Assembly: GCA_010093815.1 (NCBI GenBank)
Contig: ML996565.1
Direction: 5' to 3' (one strand)
Length of the DNA: 64,000 bases
DNA from: Pseudovirgaria hyperparasitica
Lineage: Eukaryota
This document shows positions 26,374 through 39,593 of the stretch, piece after piece. Position 1 is the stretch's first letter. Every line of letters starts with the position of its first letter. A model generated the notes under the pieces. The model did no database searches. It saw nothing but the letters and a program-made list of their open reading frames with translations, and was not told the origin of the DNA. A program made the translations under genes and the position numbers.

Positions 26374-27283
26374 GTTGGGCGGTATTCCGCGCCTGAGACG
26401 GTCTATCAGTGAGGCTATTGGAGGTATGAGATGAACACAAAGTCTGATGAGTCTTCGAGAGGGTTCGGGAATCAAGAGTGGAGCTATGTAGTACCTAGCT
26501 CTTAGTTTGAGGCGTGCTAGTCGGACCGTGTCTGCCGCGCACGTGTGACACGAAAAAATCATATATTCCAGCGTGCGATTCTTGTGCAGCACAGCGCTCC
26601 ACTTTGTGATTATATGGCTAGGTACATACCAAAGTCGAGTTACAAAGAGCCTCGGCGACCATTGGCTCATAAAATCCCTCATTAGATAGATAACTTCGTC
26701 TGGCTTTATTGAACGACCTCTGATAGAATGCCCAGCTTCTTAGAGCATTGTTAGGTCGCTATGGACTGTATCAAAGTAGTATGAAGTCGGTTGGGACAAG
26801 TCTCCAAGATGTCCATGGACTTTGGACACCCTCTGCTGCTGCGAACGATTGGAAAAACTGGTTCGGGCGCAAATCAAATTTAATTCGACAGCGTCTAGTA
26901 GACCGGCGATATCGACTCTCGAATGATTCAACGATAGATTTCCAGGAAGCGAGTGGTTCACAGACATGTTATGAATTGAAGTGTAATAATACTGCGGCAT
27001 ACATGTGCTTCCACGAGCTACTGGACGCTTGATTTTCCTTTCTGAAAATATTTTCATGAATACTTGATGAAACTCAATGACTCGAGTCGTATTCATCTTT
27101 CTTGGTCTAGTGGTCATGATTTCCGCTTGTCAAATGCTATCTGTTCAACAGCGCGATTCGCGGGAGACCGGGGTTCAATTCCCCGAGAGAGAGTCTCTTT
27201 TGCAATCCGAACATGACCCTGTAGATACCATCGCTGATAGGAGACAAGTACAAGATTGTGGAGACAGGGATGAGTTTTCCCCA

Positions 27284-29341
27284 CTACTCATCGTCTTCCC
27301 ACGTGCTGTTCATCTCAGCCCAACCCGATCCCCATCGCCTGCCCTCTCCTTCTCCCCCTGATCTTAGGTTTCGTGCTGTGGCGGCATCTTCTCGCCAACA
27401 TCGGACTGTAAAGTCATCGCTCACTGACACCAAATCACCTTGATGAGTCCAGGCGACGCTAGTTACTTCTTTTGTATGACCCCTGATAAGTGGTGTGCCC
27501 TGTTCGTAAATTGGAATAGTGTCCTTCATCCGGGGATGATGATTCGAAACACTAATGTTTCTGTGAAGGATTGGTTGGGGTACCAGTGGGCTAGATGGAA
27601 TGGTAGTCGAGAAGCTTTGTACCCTTTCTTTATTGTCTCCAGAGCTCCCGGAAAGTAACTTCTCGTCAGTTGGGAAGAGCACAGGAGAGCCGTCGCTACT
27701 CCCAACGGCGAGCATTTCCGGCTTGTCACCCACAGCAGGGCGCAAAGAAGCTTTCACATAAAACGACGTAGCATGGAACTTCGAATGGCGAAAACCGTAC
27801 AAAGGTCCCAGGCCATCCTTTTCCTTCCCCAAATGACGAGGGCGGGAGGTAGTCGTAGAGAATTCGAATGCATTACCAAGAATGATATGGTTTGTTGAAT
27901 ACGCGTACAATGTGTTGTCTTTGCTGAGGGAATAGAATCGTGCACCGTCACCACTAAGGCACAACGAATTGATGCCAAAATTTCGGTGTCTGTTGTGCGA
28001 TTCTGGCTGCCTAGTTACAGCCAGGGCTGTGGCAGGTCCTCGCCGGGAATAACGTGATCGGATATCCCACAATTTGATAGTGGCGGAGCCGTCGGATGCA
28101 GTCAGTAGCAGATGCTCACGTCCGTTTTTTAGGAACTGCAGTGAAGTGATAGAAGCTTCGCCTCGTCGACTGGGTGTCTCAGTCTTCCCAGCGATATCCC
28201 TAACATTCATATGGACAAAATTAGAACTAGAGGACGATGCTAGAGCTGGGCGTTCTGTGTGAGCTCCGTCGATGGTATTGTACGAGGTGTTTTGGACAAA
28301 GACAGCCTTTGGGGAGCCATTAGATCCACTACATCTCAAATCCCATAGTTGAACGGTACCATCTCTGCTAGATGTAGCTAGGAAGTGATCGTTTCCTGGC
28401 TGGAAACAAATCTGCTTCACGGAAGCACGATGCTTCTCTAGACTAAATCTAGATTTCTGCGTTTGCATATCAATTATTTGTGCAGTCTGATCTCCAGATG
28501 CAGTAGCCAAGTACCGATCATCAGACGAGAATGCAAGGTCCATGATAGCATTGCCGTGAGGACGTAAGGTTACCTGTGTCTGACTGAAAGGCCTGGAAGT
28601 GTCCGTCTCAAGGATGGAGATGTTGCCATCTTCGTCTCCTACCGCAATCAAGGAGTTCGTGTTGCAGCTTGTCGAACAGAATGGAACACCATTTTGCGAT
28701 GCGTAGACATCTTCAGGCCGACTATGGAACCCTTCGGTCTGCAACTGCCAATCGGTGCGGTATGATAGTCTGCCACGTCCTATGCTCGAATCTCCAAAAG
28801 AGCGTTCGAGTGTAAGGCGATGTGTATTGCTAGCGCGAAGTCTCCGTATTGGTACAGGATTCTGGAAATCGTCATGTGGTTTGATAATCTGTTTCGTGTC
28901 TGCATCTTCTCGAATTTCAAACTCAGGCTGACGCCGCTCAAAGCGAAGTCTTTTAGAAGGTGTCTGCTGGACCGGGGAGCTTGGTGGAGGCGACAAGGGA
29001 TGTTTTCGCTTCCTGTTGGAGCTGAGGTGTGGTGTATGATGACATTCGATCGCAGAATCGTCCTCGGAGAAAAATACGTTCTTCCTTGGAGTTTTATGAT
29101 GTTTCGGTGTCTGTTGGTTGACTGCAACCCGTGTGATATCGCGTAGCTGTCTACTGGAGCGGCTGTGGGTTGATTTACAGCTCGCAAGTGATGCTGTTCG
29201 AGGGGTGAAGAAGCGGGTGAATCTTTTCGGTGTTATTGGCGGAGGCTTCTTGAGCTTCTTGCTCTCAAGCATAGGACTCGCCTGCCGTGGCGGGGAGGAA
29301 GGTGGTGATTGTAAAGCATACTCAAATCGATCGTAAGCCAT
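27284..29341 (-). CDS. CDT2: WD40 protein Cdt2/DTL (CRL4 substrate receptor)
   Basis: WD repeats with HGNAIMDLAFS, LATASGDQT, ATSSRDGTVQLWDLRC, IKLWDIR and TSFYVK, typical of Cdt2. The N-terminus has many S/T-P sites. Confidence 0.85.
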   Translation of the reverse strand: MAYDRFEYALQSPPSSPPRQASPMLESKKLKKPPPITPKRFTRFFTPRTASLASCKSTHSRSSRQLRDITRVAVNQQTPKHHKTPRKNVFFSEDDSAIECHHTPHLSSNRKRKHPLSPPPSSPVQQTPSKRLRFERRQPEFEIREDADTKQIIKPHDDFQNPVPIRRLRASNTHRLTLERSFGDSSIGRGRLSYRTDWQLQTEGFHSRPEDVYASQNGVPFCSTSCNTNSLIAVGDEDGNISILETDTSRPFSQTQVTLRPHGNAIMDLAFSSDDRYLATASGDQTAQIIDMQTQKSRFSLEKHRASVKQICFQPGNDHFLATSSRDGTVQLWDLRCSGSNGSPKAVFVQNTSYNTIDGAHTERPALASSSSSNFVHMNVRDIAGKTETPSRRGEASITSLQFLKNGREHLLLTASDGSATIKLWDIRSRYSRRGPATALAVTRQPESHNRHRNFGINSLCLSGDGARFYSLSKDNTLYAYSTNHIILGNAFEFSTTTSRPRHLGKEKDGLGPLYGFRHSKFHATSFYVKASLRPAVGDKPEMLAVGSSDGSPVLFPTDEKLLSGSSGDNKERVQSFSTTIPSSPLVPQPILHRNISVSNHHPRMKDTIPIYEQGTPLIRGHTKEVTSVAWTHQGDLVSVSDDFTVRCWREDAATARNLRSGGEGEGRRWGSGWAEMNSTWEDDE

Positions 29342-29464
29342 GTCTAGACTTCACATGTAAATAATGGTCGGATCGGATCGAGTGGAGAAGTCGACTTCAG
29401 TTTACGAGAGCATAAATGGCTCGGAGTGGGCATCATAAAAGGGCGAAGTGGCGGTCATTAATGA

Positions 29465-29586
29465 GAACGCGCTCGCGCTCTCGCGTTCGCGTGTAGCGTG
29501 ATTAGGTGGCCGGGAAGCTAGAGATCCCCACTTTAAAAATGGAAACTTAGCGGTATCCGAGCTTCGTCGCTTTTTAAAATTTCATA
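29465..29586. promoter_or_regulatory. Bidirectional CDT2/RRP5 promoter with an MCB-like CGCG cluster and an RRPE-like element
   Basis: Four CGCG cores at 29468, 29474, 29482 and 29488; aaaatttca (reverse TGAAATTTT) near 29576-29584; 285-bp head-to-head intergenic region. Confidence 0.45.
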
Positions 29587-29626
29587 GCATAGAGATCAGT
29601 TCGAACTGCGCAACATAGGATCGAAG

Positions 29627-32600
29627 ATGGCGCCAACTAAAAGAAGCGCCTCTGACGCTTCTGGCACGTCCAAGGCCAAATTTCGCGATACAAATGAGCC
29701 AGCCCCCAAACGCGTGCGCAAGTCCGACAGTTCCACTGAACAAACCAGAGATGGTCAAACCACCACTAATGAGTTTTCGAAGAATAAGCCGCTCGGAGCG
29801 AAATCCGTATTGAAGAGCGAGAGCAAGAGTTTTCCTCGTGGCGGTGGCAGCGTGCTAACCCCGCTGGAACACAAGCAGATTCAGAATGAGGCAGCGAAGG
29901 ACGTTCTTTTTGAGCAGTCTGTTAACAAGAAGGGCCGTGAGGACCACAGTCATGGCGAAGAAGCAGTCAAATTCGCTGCGGAGACTACCGGAAAGGGACC
30001 AAGGAGACATAAAAGCATTCGGAACGGCGAAGGCCCGGACATCGCGGCCACAGCAGAGAAAGCGATGAGGACTGATAGCCTGAGCTACAAAGTAAGAGAC
30101 TACACACTAATTGAGGGCATAGCTGACATCTTGCAAGAACCTAGCTCCCGGCACATTGGTGTTGGGACAGGTCGCTAAGATCACGTCTCGCGATGTCGTG
30201 GTCAAGCTTCCGAACAATCTCAGTGGCTTTGTACAACTATCTGGTGTTTCTGAGCAGCTCAACAGCAAGATTGCCAACCTTTTCGAAAAAGCCGAAGGCG
30301 AAGAGAGAGAGAAACAGGAATTTCAAATAGAAGAAGATGAAGACAACGGCGTCGACGACAACATTGAGCTCAGTTCTTTCTTCTATGTCGGGCAGTATCT
30401 CAGGGTGTGCGTAACTTCAAAAGACGCAAGTGAATCAAGCAACAACATAGCGAAGAAACGCATTGAGCTCTCTGTAGATCCTAGAGAGACGAATCGAGGC
30501 CTGGGAAAGTCCGGACTAGTGGTTAATGGAATGGTACAGGCTTCCGTCCTCAGCAACGAGGATCATGGTCTAGTTATGGACTTAGGGCTTGGCGATGCTA
30601 AAGTGAGGGGTTTCATGTCATCCAAAGAACTCCCGAGTAATCTGAAACACGAGGAGGTACTAGAAGGAACTGTGCTCCTCTGCCTGATCACTGGACTCAG
30701 TTCGGACGGACGTATAGTGAAACTCTCCGCGGATCACTCAAAGGTCGGAAACGTCAAGAAGACGCATTTTCTGGTGGACGCTCCGACAGTCGATACTTTC
30801 CTCCCTGGAACCGCTGTTGAGCTCCTTCTGACAGATATTTCGGCTTTTGGCGTAAATGGCAAAATAATGGGTATGTTAGATGCCTCCGTTGATATAATTC
30901 ATTCTGGGGCCGCGAACTCCCACAAAGATCTCGAAAACCGATACAAGATCGGAAACAAAGTAAAGGGCCGGATTACCGCGACGTTTCCTGATGCAGATGT
31001 TCGAAGGGTCGCGGTATCATTCCTCCATCATGTCACAAATCTTACGACCCCAAGAGACAAGAATGACAGGCCATCGGCAGAAACACCTCAGCCACTCGAT
31101 GTATCATCATTCGTAGAAGCCGCGAAGGTCACTAAAGTGCACCCTAATCTTGGCCTGTTTTTTGACATTGGAGTACCGGCAATGCCAGGCTTTGCGCATA
31201 TCTCGCGCATCAGTGATCGCAGGATTGATAATATTTCTGGAGCATCAGGTCCCTACGCAGTGGGCACATCTCACAGGGCAAGAGTTTTAGGATTCAATCC
31301 TATGGATGGTCTGCACATACTGTCCTTGGAGCAACGCGTCTTAGAGCAGCCGTTCCTTCAACTAGAGGATGTTCGTATCGGGCAGGTAGTTCATGGAACC
31401 GTAAAAAAGCTGTTCATCAACGAAACTGGCACCCCGAATCTGACCGTCCAAATTGCCGAAGGTATAGTAGGTTTAGTGGCAGAAAGTCATTTCGCAGACG
31501 CTCACCTTGAGCACCCTGAGAAGAAATTTAGAGAAGGTGTAAAAGTTATAGCACGGATTCTATCCATTAATTTGACCAACCGTCGCTTTCGAATGACACT
31601 CAAGAAGTCTCTCGTCAATTCCGATGCCGATACATGGTCAACTTATGATAATATCTCTGTTGGCGACCAGTCGCCTGGTACTGTTCTCAAGCTCCTTCCT
31701 ACCGGGGCGGTGGTAGAATTCTACAATCGAGTCACAGCTTTTCTCCCAAAATCAGAGATGAGTGAAGCATACATCGACAATCCATCAAGACATTTTAGGA
31801 TTGGCCAAGTTGTTAATGTTCGTGTCCTTTCTGTGGATCCAAGGGAGTCTCGCATGATAGTCTCGTGTAGAGACCCAAGCGCTATCGACACAGCTCAAAG
31901 AGATGCCTTTAAGGCTCTGAAAGTCGGTAATCTAGTCACCGCTACTGTACTAGAAAAGTCAGACGACTCCATAGCTGTCGAAGTAGCAGGAGATGTCAAA
32001 GGTATCATTCGCATGGGCCATCTGACCGATGGGACCGAAAAGAAAGAGAGATCCGCCTTCAAGCGTATCCGTGTTGGCCAGAAGCTTGATGGATTGCTTA
32101 TACTGAAGAAAATCGACAAGCGATCCCAAATTGATCTAACGAACAAGCCGTCGTTGGTGGAGGCTGCGAAGAATGGTACATTGATCACTAAGTTCGAGGA
32201 TCTTTCCGAGGGCCAGGTCGTGGACGGGTTTGTGCGCAACTTTGACACAGCTAAAATCTTTGTTGAGTTTGGTGGCGAGGTTGTAGGAGCCCTGTTTAAG
32301 TCGCAGCTCAACGAGGATGTACTAAGTCTTCCAAACTACGGTCTGCGAGTTGGATTGTCTCTAGCTGCACGGATCTCGCACATTGACTTCGGTAATAAGC
32401 GTTTTCTCCTGAGCATGAAGCCTTCGAAGTCCACTAAAGATACCACTGAGATGCTCGTAGCCCTTGAAGCCGGCACCAAAACAAAAGCCACAATAACACA
32501 GGTCATGAGCACTCAAATCTTGGTCAAGACTGAAAACGAAACACCTGGTCGAATCGATGTCTCTGAGGTATATGATGATTGGGATAGCATTAGTAACAAG

Positions 32601-35058
32601 AAGCAACCACTCCGGGATTTTGAGATAGGTCAGAAACTCGACGTCACGGTCATTGGATCATACAATGTCAGAGGCTACCGATTTCTACCACTGAGCCATC
32701 GCAAGAGTGGTAATTCTATACTAGAGCTTACCGCCAGAAGGAACTACAACCACGGCTCAGAAGACAGTATTTTGACTATGGATAAAGTAAAAGTCGACGA
32801 CACATACACTGGTTTTGTTAATAAGGTAGCCGATGGCTTCGCATGGCTCAACCTGTCGCCGAGTGTACGCGGACGCATGGACATCGTCGAAGCTCTCAAT
32901 ACTGGATCTTCTATGAACGGTTCGGAAGAAAGCTTTCCAATCGGGTCAGCGGTGCGCATCAAGGTCAGAAACGTAGACGTTGCAAAGGGCCAACTGGATC
33001 TGGCCTCCGTTGCCGTCAAAGAACCGCTGAGCTGGGACGCGCTCTCCGATGGACTCATCCTGCTTGGCCGTGTTCGCAGATCCTTCGAACGCTACGTTCT
33101 GATACAGCTTAGCGACAGTATCAATGGCATCATCCCCCGTACTGAGTTGGCCGACAATTATGATGAAGCTAGTCCGACCAATTTAGACGCGAAGTCTACA
33201 GTAAGGGTCAAAGTCGTTCATCTTGATAAGCCTAATAAGCATATCACTCTGTCGGTCCGGCCGTCAAACGTGCTCGACTCTGGTATCAAGCCCACCGATC
33301 GCCAAATACTTCGGAAGACTGATCTCAAAGCCAATGATGTCGTCCGCGGCTTCATCAAGAATGTAGCTGCCAATGGTATCTTTATTAATCTTGGCCCAAA
33401 CGTAGATGGATTCGTCAAAGTGTCTGATCTGTCTGATTCTTACATCAAAGACTGGAAAGGTGGCTATCAAGTGGACCAGCTTGTCAGAGCGAAAGTTCTT
33501 GACGCCAACTCAGAGAACGCCGTACCCCTCAGCCTGAAAGCTTCCGTTCTTGATGAACATTATGTGCCACCGGCACGTTTTGAGGACTTTGAGCAAGGTC
33601 AAATTGTCACTGGTACCATTCGAGTGATATTTCAGTACGGTGTCATAATACTGGTTGACAATTCTCTAAACGTCAGTGGTCTGTGTCATCGAAGCCAAAT
33701 TGCCGATGAACGCATTGACAATTTAGAAGCACTGTATGAGAAAGGCGACAAGGTGAAAGCCATAATTCTCAAGCTGGACCCAGAACAGCGAAAGATAAGC
33801 TTCGGCATGAAAGCTTCTTATTTTGAAAGGCACGGAGATGCAGAAGATATTGATTCTGACATCGATGAAGGTAATATTGATCTTGACGAAGTCGAGGATA
33901 ATGGAAGTATTACCGATGCCGATGCTCAGGAGGTCACAAATGATGTTGAAACGAATTCAGGCGGGTGTTTCGAAATAATGGATGTTGACGCAGGGTCCGG
34001 AGACGAAGCTGATGGACTTGCTACTTCAGGCTTTGACTGGACAGGCGTAAACATGGATATCGATGACGCCGAACAATCCGTTGACGAGGAGGTCGATGCG
34101 TCGCAGATCAAAAAAAGGCGGAAGCGGCGAGCTGAAATCGTTGAGGATCGAACTGATGCCTTGGACAAGTATGGTCCTCAATCAGTGGCTGATTTTGAAC
34201 GACTACTTCTCGGTTCTCCGAACGACTCATACTTGTGGATCCAGTATATGGCATTCCAGGCAGCGCTTAATGAGATCGACAAATGTCGTGATATAGCCCG
34301 ACGTGCGCTCGATACAATCAATATGAAAGACCAGGAGGCAAAGATGGAAGTAAGAACTGCATTACTTAATCTTGAAATCAGATTTGGTAGTGATGAGACC
34401 GTTGAAGAGGTATTTAAAGCAGCTTGTCAGGTTCATGGGCCATACGAGATGCACAACCGACTAGTGGACATCTATATCAAGGAGAAGAAACTCGAAGCAA
34501 GTCCAGCAGTAACTATGGGTCGAATTGCACGCTAACAGGATTCAGAAAGCCGATATGCTGTATCAGTCTATGCAGAAAATCAAAGAAATCACGGTCCACG
34601 TTGTATATTGGGTCTCGTACGCCAACTTTCTCCTGACCTCGTTAAACGCCCCGGCGAGAAAGCAAGCCCTCCTCGCTCGCGCCGTTCAGTCAGTACCAGC
34701 CTCTCAACATCGAGATCTCACGGCCAAATTTGCAAGCTTAGAGTTCAAATCGCCAAACGGTAACGCAGAGCTCGGCCGCACAATCTTTGAAGATTTGCTG
34801 AATATATATCCCAAGAAATGGGATTTATGGGACAGCTTTGTGCAATTGGAGAAAGCCCACGGCGAAGAGGCAAACGTGCGGACCTTGTATGAGAGGATGG
34901 GCAAAAGCCGGATGAAAAGTCGGAGAGGACAACTTGTCTTCAACAGCTGGAAAAAATGGGAGGCGAGCATAGGTAACAAGAAGGGCGAGGACCGTGTGCG
35001 AGCATTAGAAGAGCAGTGGGAAAAGAGGAAGAAGGCAGCGGACATAGAGGATGAATGA
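29627..35058 (+). CDS. RRP5: rRNA biogenesis protein Rrp5 (tandem S1 domains + C-terminal HAT/TPR)
   Basis: N-terminal FPRGGGSVLTPLE, many S1 repeats, PQSVADFERLLLGSPNDSYLWIQYMAF and GRTIFEDLL..PKKWDLW. Two introns, the second GC-AG at 34497-34545. Confidence 0.95.
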
Positions 35059-35130
35059 TGGACTCGGATGCCATAGAGCATTGTCATGGGGCATAGTACC
35101 CAAACCTTTGAATTAGCAGAGGTCGATTTT

Positions 35131-36180
35131 CTAGAGCCTACGATATAGATGCATCTGATATCGCATGTTCTCTAGCTCCATGGGATATTTCAATCTTTTG
35201 TCTAGTCTGAACCAAACGCTGTCCTCACTGATTACCTGCTCCCATTTCTTCTGCCCACCCACGCCAGATGCACTTTCAAGTAGCATGTGCTCGAGGAGCC
35301 ATTGCATAGGATACTTCCTTTCCGTGCCTTCCTTGCCCAATTTGACAGTAGAGTAGCTACCGGGACTGTCGACAACCAAGAGCAGAGTCCCGGTGACGCT
35401 GAGGGATGTGATATGAAGAAGGAGGGATTGCGTGAGTTGCATAGACGTACTGTATAGCTCATTCAGAGTGAAGAGAATGGTGATCAGATTAGCGGGTGTT
35501 ATGATTGGCCTCAAGGCTGTTGATGTAGCTGACAATAGATCCATATGGTGAAACGTGGTGTTGAAAGATGACAGATCGATGAAAGGTTTTCGGTCACAGG
35601 AACTGATGTAAGAAGTTTGTGGTGGTAGTTTAGTGAGTGGTTCTTGAATCGATTGTATGACACAAGACCAATTCGCAACATCCACTGCTTGTATGTCCAG
35701 CTTCGGCGTTTCTGTTCCTGCACCGAAAAACAGGCGTAGGCTTCCTGCTAGAGCAACAATTTCTGCTCCCGCGCCGCCTCCGAGACAGGCTATCTTCCAT
35801 GATTCCTTTTGAGGAGGGATCAGATGCGATTGAAGACCGTGGAGAACCTGAAGGTAGCCTAAAGCACGGCTAGGACTCCAGCGTGCAGCATAAGCTTCGA
35901 GGTAATCGATTTGACCAAAGGCTGCAGTAAAGTTTCGTTCGTAAAGGTGTTGTTTAATCTCTTGCAGAAGCGGACTTATGTCGGCACTCAAGCGTTCGGA
36001 AAAAGCACTGCGGAAGATATTCAAGACCAGTTGTTGAAGGTCCAAAGGGAGTCCTGCTGCGGACGTCCTCGGATTGCACGTCTGCTTCTGTTGCTGTTCG
36101 TCTGAGGCTGCCCTAACTTTGTACACTCTGGGGGCATTGGTAGACTTTGAAGCGTTATTGTAGTTCTTGGATACCGGCAT
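35131..36180 (-). CDS. BMT6: 25S rRNA uridine-N3 methyltransferase Bmt6-like (DUF3115 type)
   Basis: YAARWSPSRALGY, SAM-binding CLGGGAGAE, LFTLNELY, VVDSPGSYS and LENMRYQ motifs. Confidence 0.78.
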   Translation of the reverse strand: MPVSKNYNNASKSTNAPRVYKVRAASDEQQQKQTCNPRTSAAGLPLDLQQLVLNIFRSAFSERLSADISPLLQEIKQHLYERNFTAAFGQIDYLEAYAARWSPSRALGYLQVLHGLQSHLIPPQKESWKIACLGGGAGAEIVALAGSLRLFFGAGTETPKLDIQAVDVANWSCVIQSIQEPLTKLPPQTSYISSCDRKPFIDLSSFNTTFHHMDLLSATSTALRPIITPANLITILFTLNELYSTSMQLTQSLLLHITSLSVTGTLLLVVDSPGSYSTVKLGKEGTERKYPMQWLLEHMLLESASGVGGQKKWEQVISEDSVWFRLDKRLKYPMELENMRYQMHLYRRL

Positions 36181-36486
36181 TATTTCCCCTCAGCGACTGA
36201 TGTTGATTGTGGTGCAACAGTGCGAAAGGAACCGTGATTTCCCATTTGCAGAAAGGCCCGTATGTGGTGTGTCTTGGCATCGCGATATCCGTCCAAGCTT
36301 TGACCTTCTATGCCCGAATAGAGAGCTTCTAGCTTCCCTATTGGTATCTAAGCTCATTCAACCTTGCATCTTGGAGTGGTGCGTATCTGGAGTCTTCTAG
36401 TGCCTATTACATGGTAATTCAGCGATCGGTTCTCCTGGCTGTTTTTCACCCCTTGAAATCCAGGCTTTAACGCCTCAAGTCTTATC

Positions 36487-38824
36487 ATGTCGCTGTTCGG
36501 CGATGACGACTCGCCCTCGCGTACCAAGTCCTCCGGCCTCTTTGACGAGGTGCCCAAAGCCAAACATAAAGGAGGCTCCGGTCTATTCGCCGACGACTTA
36601 ACTGGCTCGGATGACTCTCCATGGGAATTTTCCTCACCCAAGAAGACCATGCGTGGGAATATTGTCAAGAGCCTGCTACCTCATTCAGCCGTTCCGGAGA
36701 GCTACATCGGCGCGTTCGATTCTTTGACAGCTACAGGACATGGGAAAGAGAACAGCATCAAACTAACTGTCGTCAGGGATTTTCTCACTGATAGCGAAGT
36801 GGACCCCAGTACTCAGGCTACGATCCTGGAAATCGTGACACGAGGGCAAGATCTCGTAGCATTGGACCGGAATGAATTCTACGTCGTTCTGGCTCTGATT
36901 GGACTCGCACAAGAGGGAGAAGATGTTACTTTAGACGGTGTGGATGAGCGAAAGAACGGTGAGCAAGAGCGACACGACTCCTACGCGTACGTGCTGCGCC
37001 TTGGGATTTGACACTTCCACCAGATCTACCACAACCCCTCCTACCCTTATCCGAGCGACAAGAACAAGCCTCTCTTACCAAAGACCCGGAAACGCCATCC
37101 ACCTCCATTTCTAAACGTCAACCTGAACGGGGCCAGACAATGCGAAAACAATCCTTCGGTTTTCCCGAGAATGATCCTTGGGCATCCCCAGCTCTCCACA
37201 AAGGACACAATCATCAAGTGCCGGTTAGGAGTGAGTATAATAATGGACTAGGGCTTCCCAGCGGTATTTCACCGATTCGTACCACAAGCAACTTCACTAC
37301 ACATTCGAATCAGCAGGAAATTGATTCCGTAGACAATCAGGCATCCGCTCCACGAATAAGCACAGCGGGAGGATGGAGTAGCTACGTGGCTCCTACAAGC
37401 GCTGAATTTGCCAATGATAATTTGGGTGGAGGGTTTGGAGATCCTGGGGGTGAAGGGAACGGCCGTGGACCGCCCGGGATTGGCGCATCCCTGGGCGGTA
37501 GTACAAGAATAGCCAGCACTGGAACGGAAGAGGTAGTCACGGTCACCGCAATTCAAGAGAAGGAGGGCATTTTCCTTTTCCAACATAGGAACTACGAAGT
37601 CACATCCGCACGGCGAAATAGCAAAGTTGTCAGAAGATACAGCGATTTTGTTTGGTTGTTGGATTGCCTCCAAAAGCGGTTCCCTTTCCGACAACTTCCT
37701 CTGCTACCACCTAAACGAGTCGCGAGTGAGTAAACGTTATCCGTCCTACTTGGCCCGACTAACACCTATAAGTCAACGGTAACCACCTTGCTGCAAATGT
37801 ATCATTTATCGAAAAACGCCGAAGAGGATTAGCTAGATTTGCAAGTGCACTAGTTCGACACCCTGTTTTATCTCAAGAGCAGCTCGTCGTAATGTTTTTA
37901 ACAGTCCCAACGGTAAATGTCTCTGTCCAACTCCATGAAACGCGAACCCCAACTCTAACACCGTGAAGGAACTTGCGGTATGGCGCAAACAAGCTCAAAT
38001 ATCTGTACAAGAAGAGTTCACGGGGAAATCTCTACCCTCAGGCTTAGAAGACTCTCTATCGCCAACTCTTCCAGAATTGTTTGACCAGATTCGTTCCGGC
38101 ATAAAACGGTCTGCAGAGGTTTACATAGATCTCTGTAGCCTCGTAGAGCGCCTTGTCAAGCGTAACGAAGGTCTTGCAGCAGATTATTTGCGAATATCAA
38201 ACGCACTAACGTTACTGACGGAGGCCTCCAACGACACATACGCCACTGACACAAATGACGTGCCGCTACTCAACAGCGGTATCAGCTCGACGGCACGGTA
38301 TCTGACGAACAGTCGGTCTTTACTACACGATGAAGCCCGGGCTTGGGACGAGGGCGTCCTTGAAGACCTGAAGAGACAAAGGGATAGCTTGGTCAGCATG
38401 CGAGACATGTTCGATCGACGAGATAAATATGCGAAAGATAACATCTCACAGCTTGAGAAAAGAATCAACGGAAACGAGTCCAAGCTCGCAAATATTCGAG
38501 CAAAACCCGACAATCTCATCAAACCTGGCGAAGCAGAGAAGGTTGAAGAAGCGATTGTGCGAGTAAGTACATTACAATCAATGACAGTATACGTATCAAC
38601 CTAACGAGTTGCAGGACAAACAATCGATCGTAGATCAGCACGCACGTGGGATTCTCATCAAGGAGTGTGTGAGAGACGAGATAATGTTCTTTTCAAAGTC
38701 TCAGTACCACATCAGTAGACTACATCAAGACTGGAGTCAGGAGAGAGTGAAATACGCGGAGCTGCAGGCTGACAATTGGCGGACGTTAAGTGAGGAAGTT
38801 GAAAACATGCCACTTGGTGATTAA
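36487..38824 (+). CDS. MVP1: Sorting nexin Mvp1 (PX + BAR)
   Basis: PX domain with FLFQHRNY, VVRRYSDFVWLLDCL..FPFRQLPLLPPKR and FIEKRRRGL, followed by a BAR-like C-terminus. Five exons. Confidence 0.9.
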
Positions 38825-39593
38825 TTGCTGCTCAATCGCTATGTAGTTGAGATACTACCACCCGTATGTATGAGTTCCAGACTTATGAGTGACCTGTACA
38901 TATTGCTCAGGTGGGGATAATCTGACATTGTCCAGATGGAAATACGAACGGGTATAGATTTCAGTGGCGAAAATTGCCGTACGTCATCTCACGCAACACA
39001 TACTCACTGAAAGGATGTCACGGCTGGATCAGGGTAGTAACGAATCCCAACATACTGCGGGTAGCGAAGGACAGACAGATAAATTAGCCATTCGTACTTC
39101 AAGAGCTAAGACCGCCATTTACTGTCGTGTCTACCTGTGCTGGAAAGTGATATTATTTCTTGCAGGCGCAATGTTTGTGCCTTCTTTACATTTGCAACCA
39201 TACCTTTTTTATATGTTATCATGATTTAGTTCACTACAAGATTATTCTATAAATAGCGTTATCTTTCTTATTTCCTAAGAATCAGGCACCAACCGTCATC
39301 GTCTGAACATTTGATTATCCTCTTTGCATTTTGCGATGGCAAAACGTCGCGCCAACGCGGTATCCAGCCTATGGACGGGAGATCAGTCTTCAAAGAGGTC
39401 GAAAATCAATACATCTGCTAGTATAAAACTCTGTACGTTCATTGAAGCACGACCTTAATTGATTAGTCATATTGTCACGACAGCCGCTTATGCCTAAGGC
39501 AAACACGTTGCGCTATCCGGCATGTTACCAACGAGCCCCACATCACTCGACTTCCTCGAGCTCAATCATCAGCCTAACAGAAAGACTGACAAG

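Noticed and set aside
26374..26682. In-frame 103-codon N-terminal extension of the DnaJ ORF
   Set aside because: The composition is not protein-like, and the J domain begins right after MSTEDLKQ at 26373, as expected for this family.
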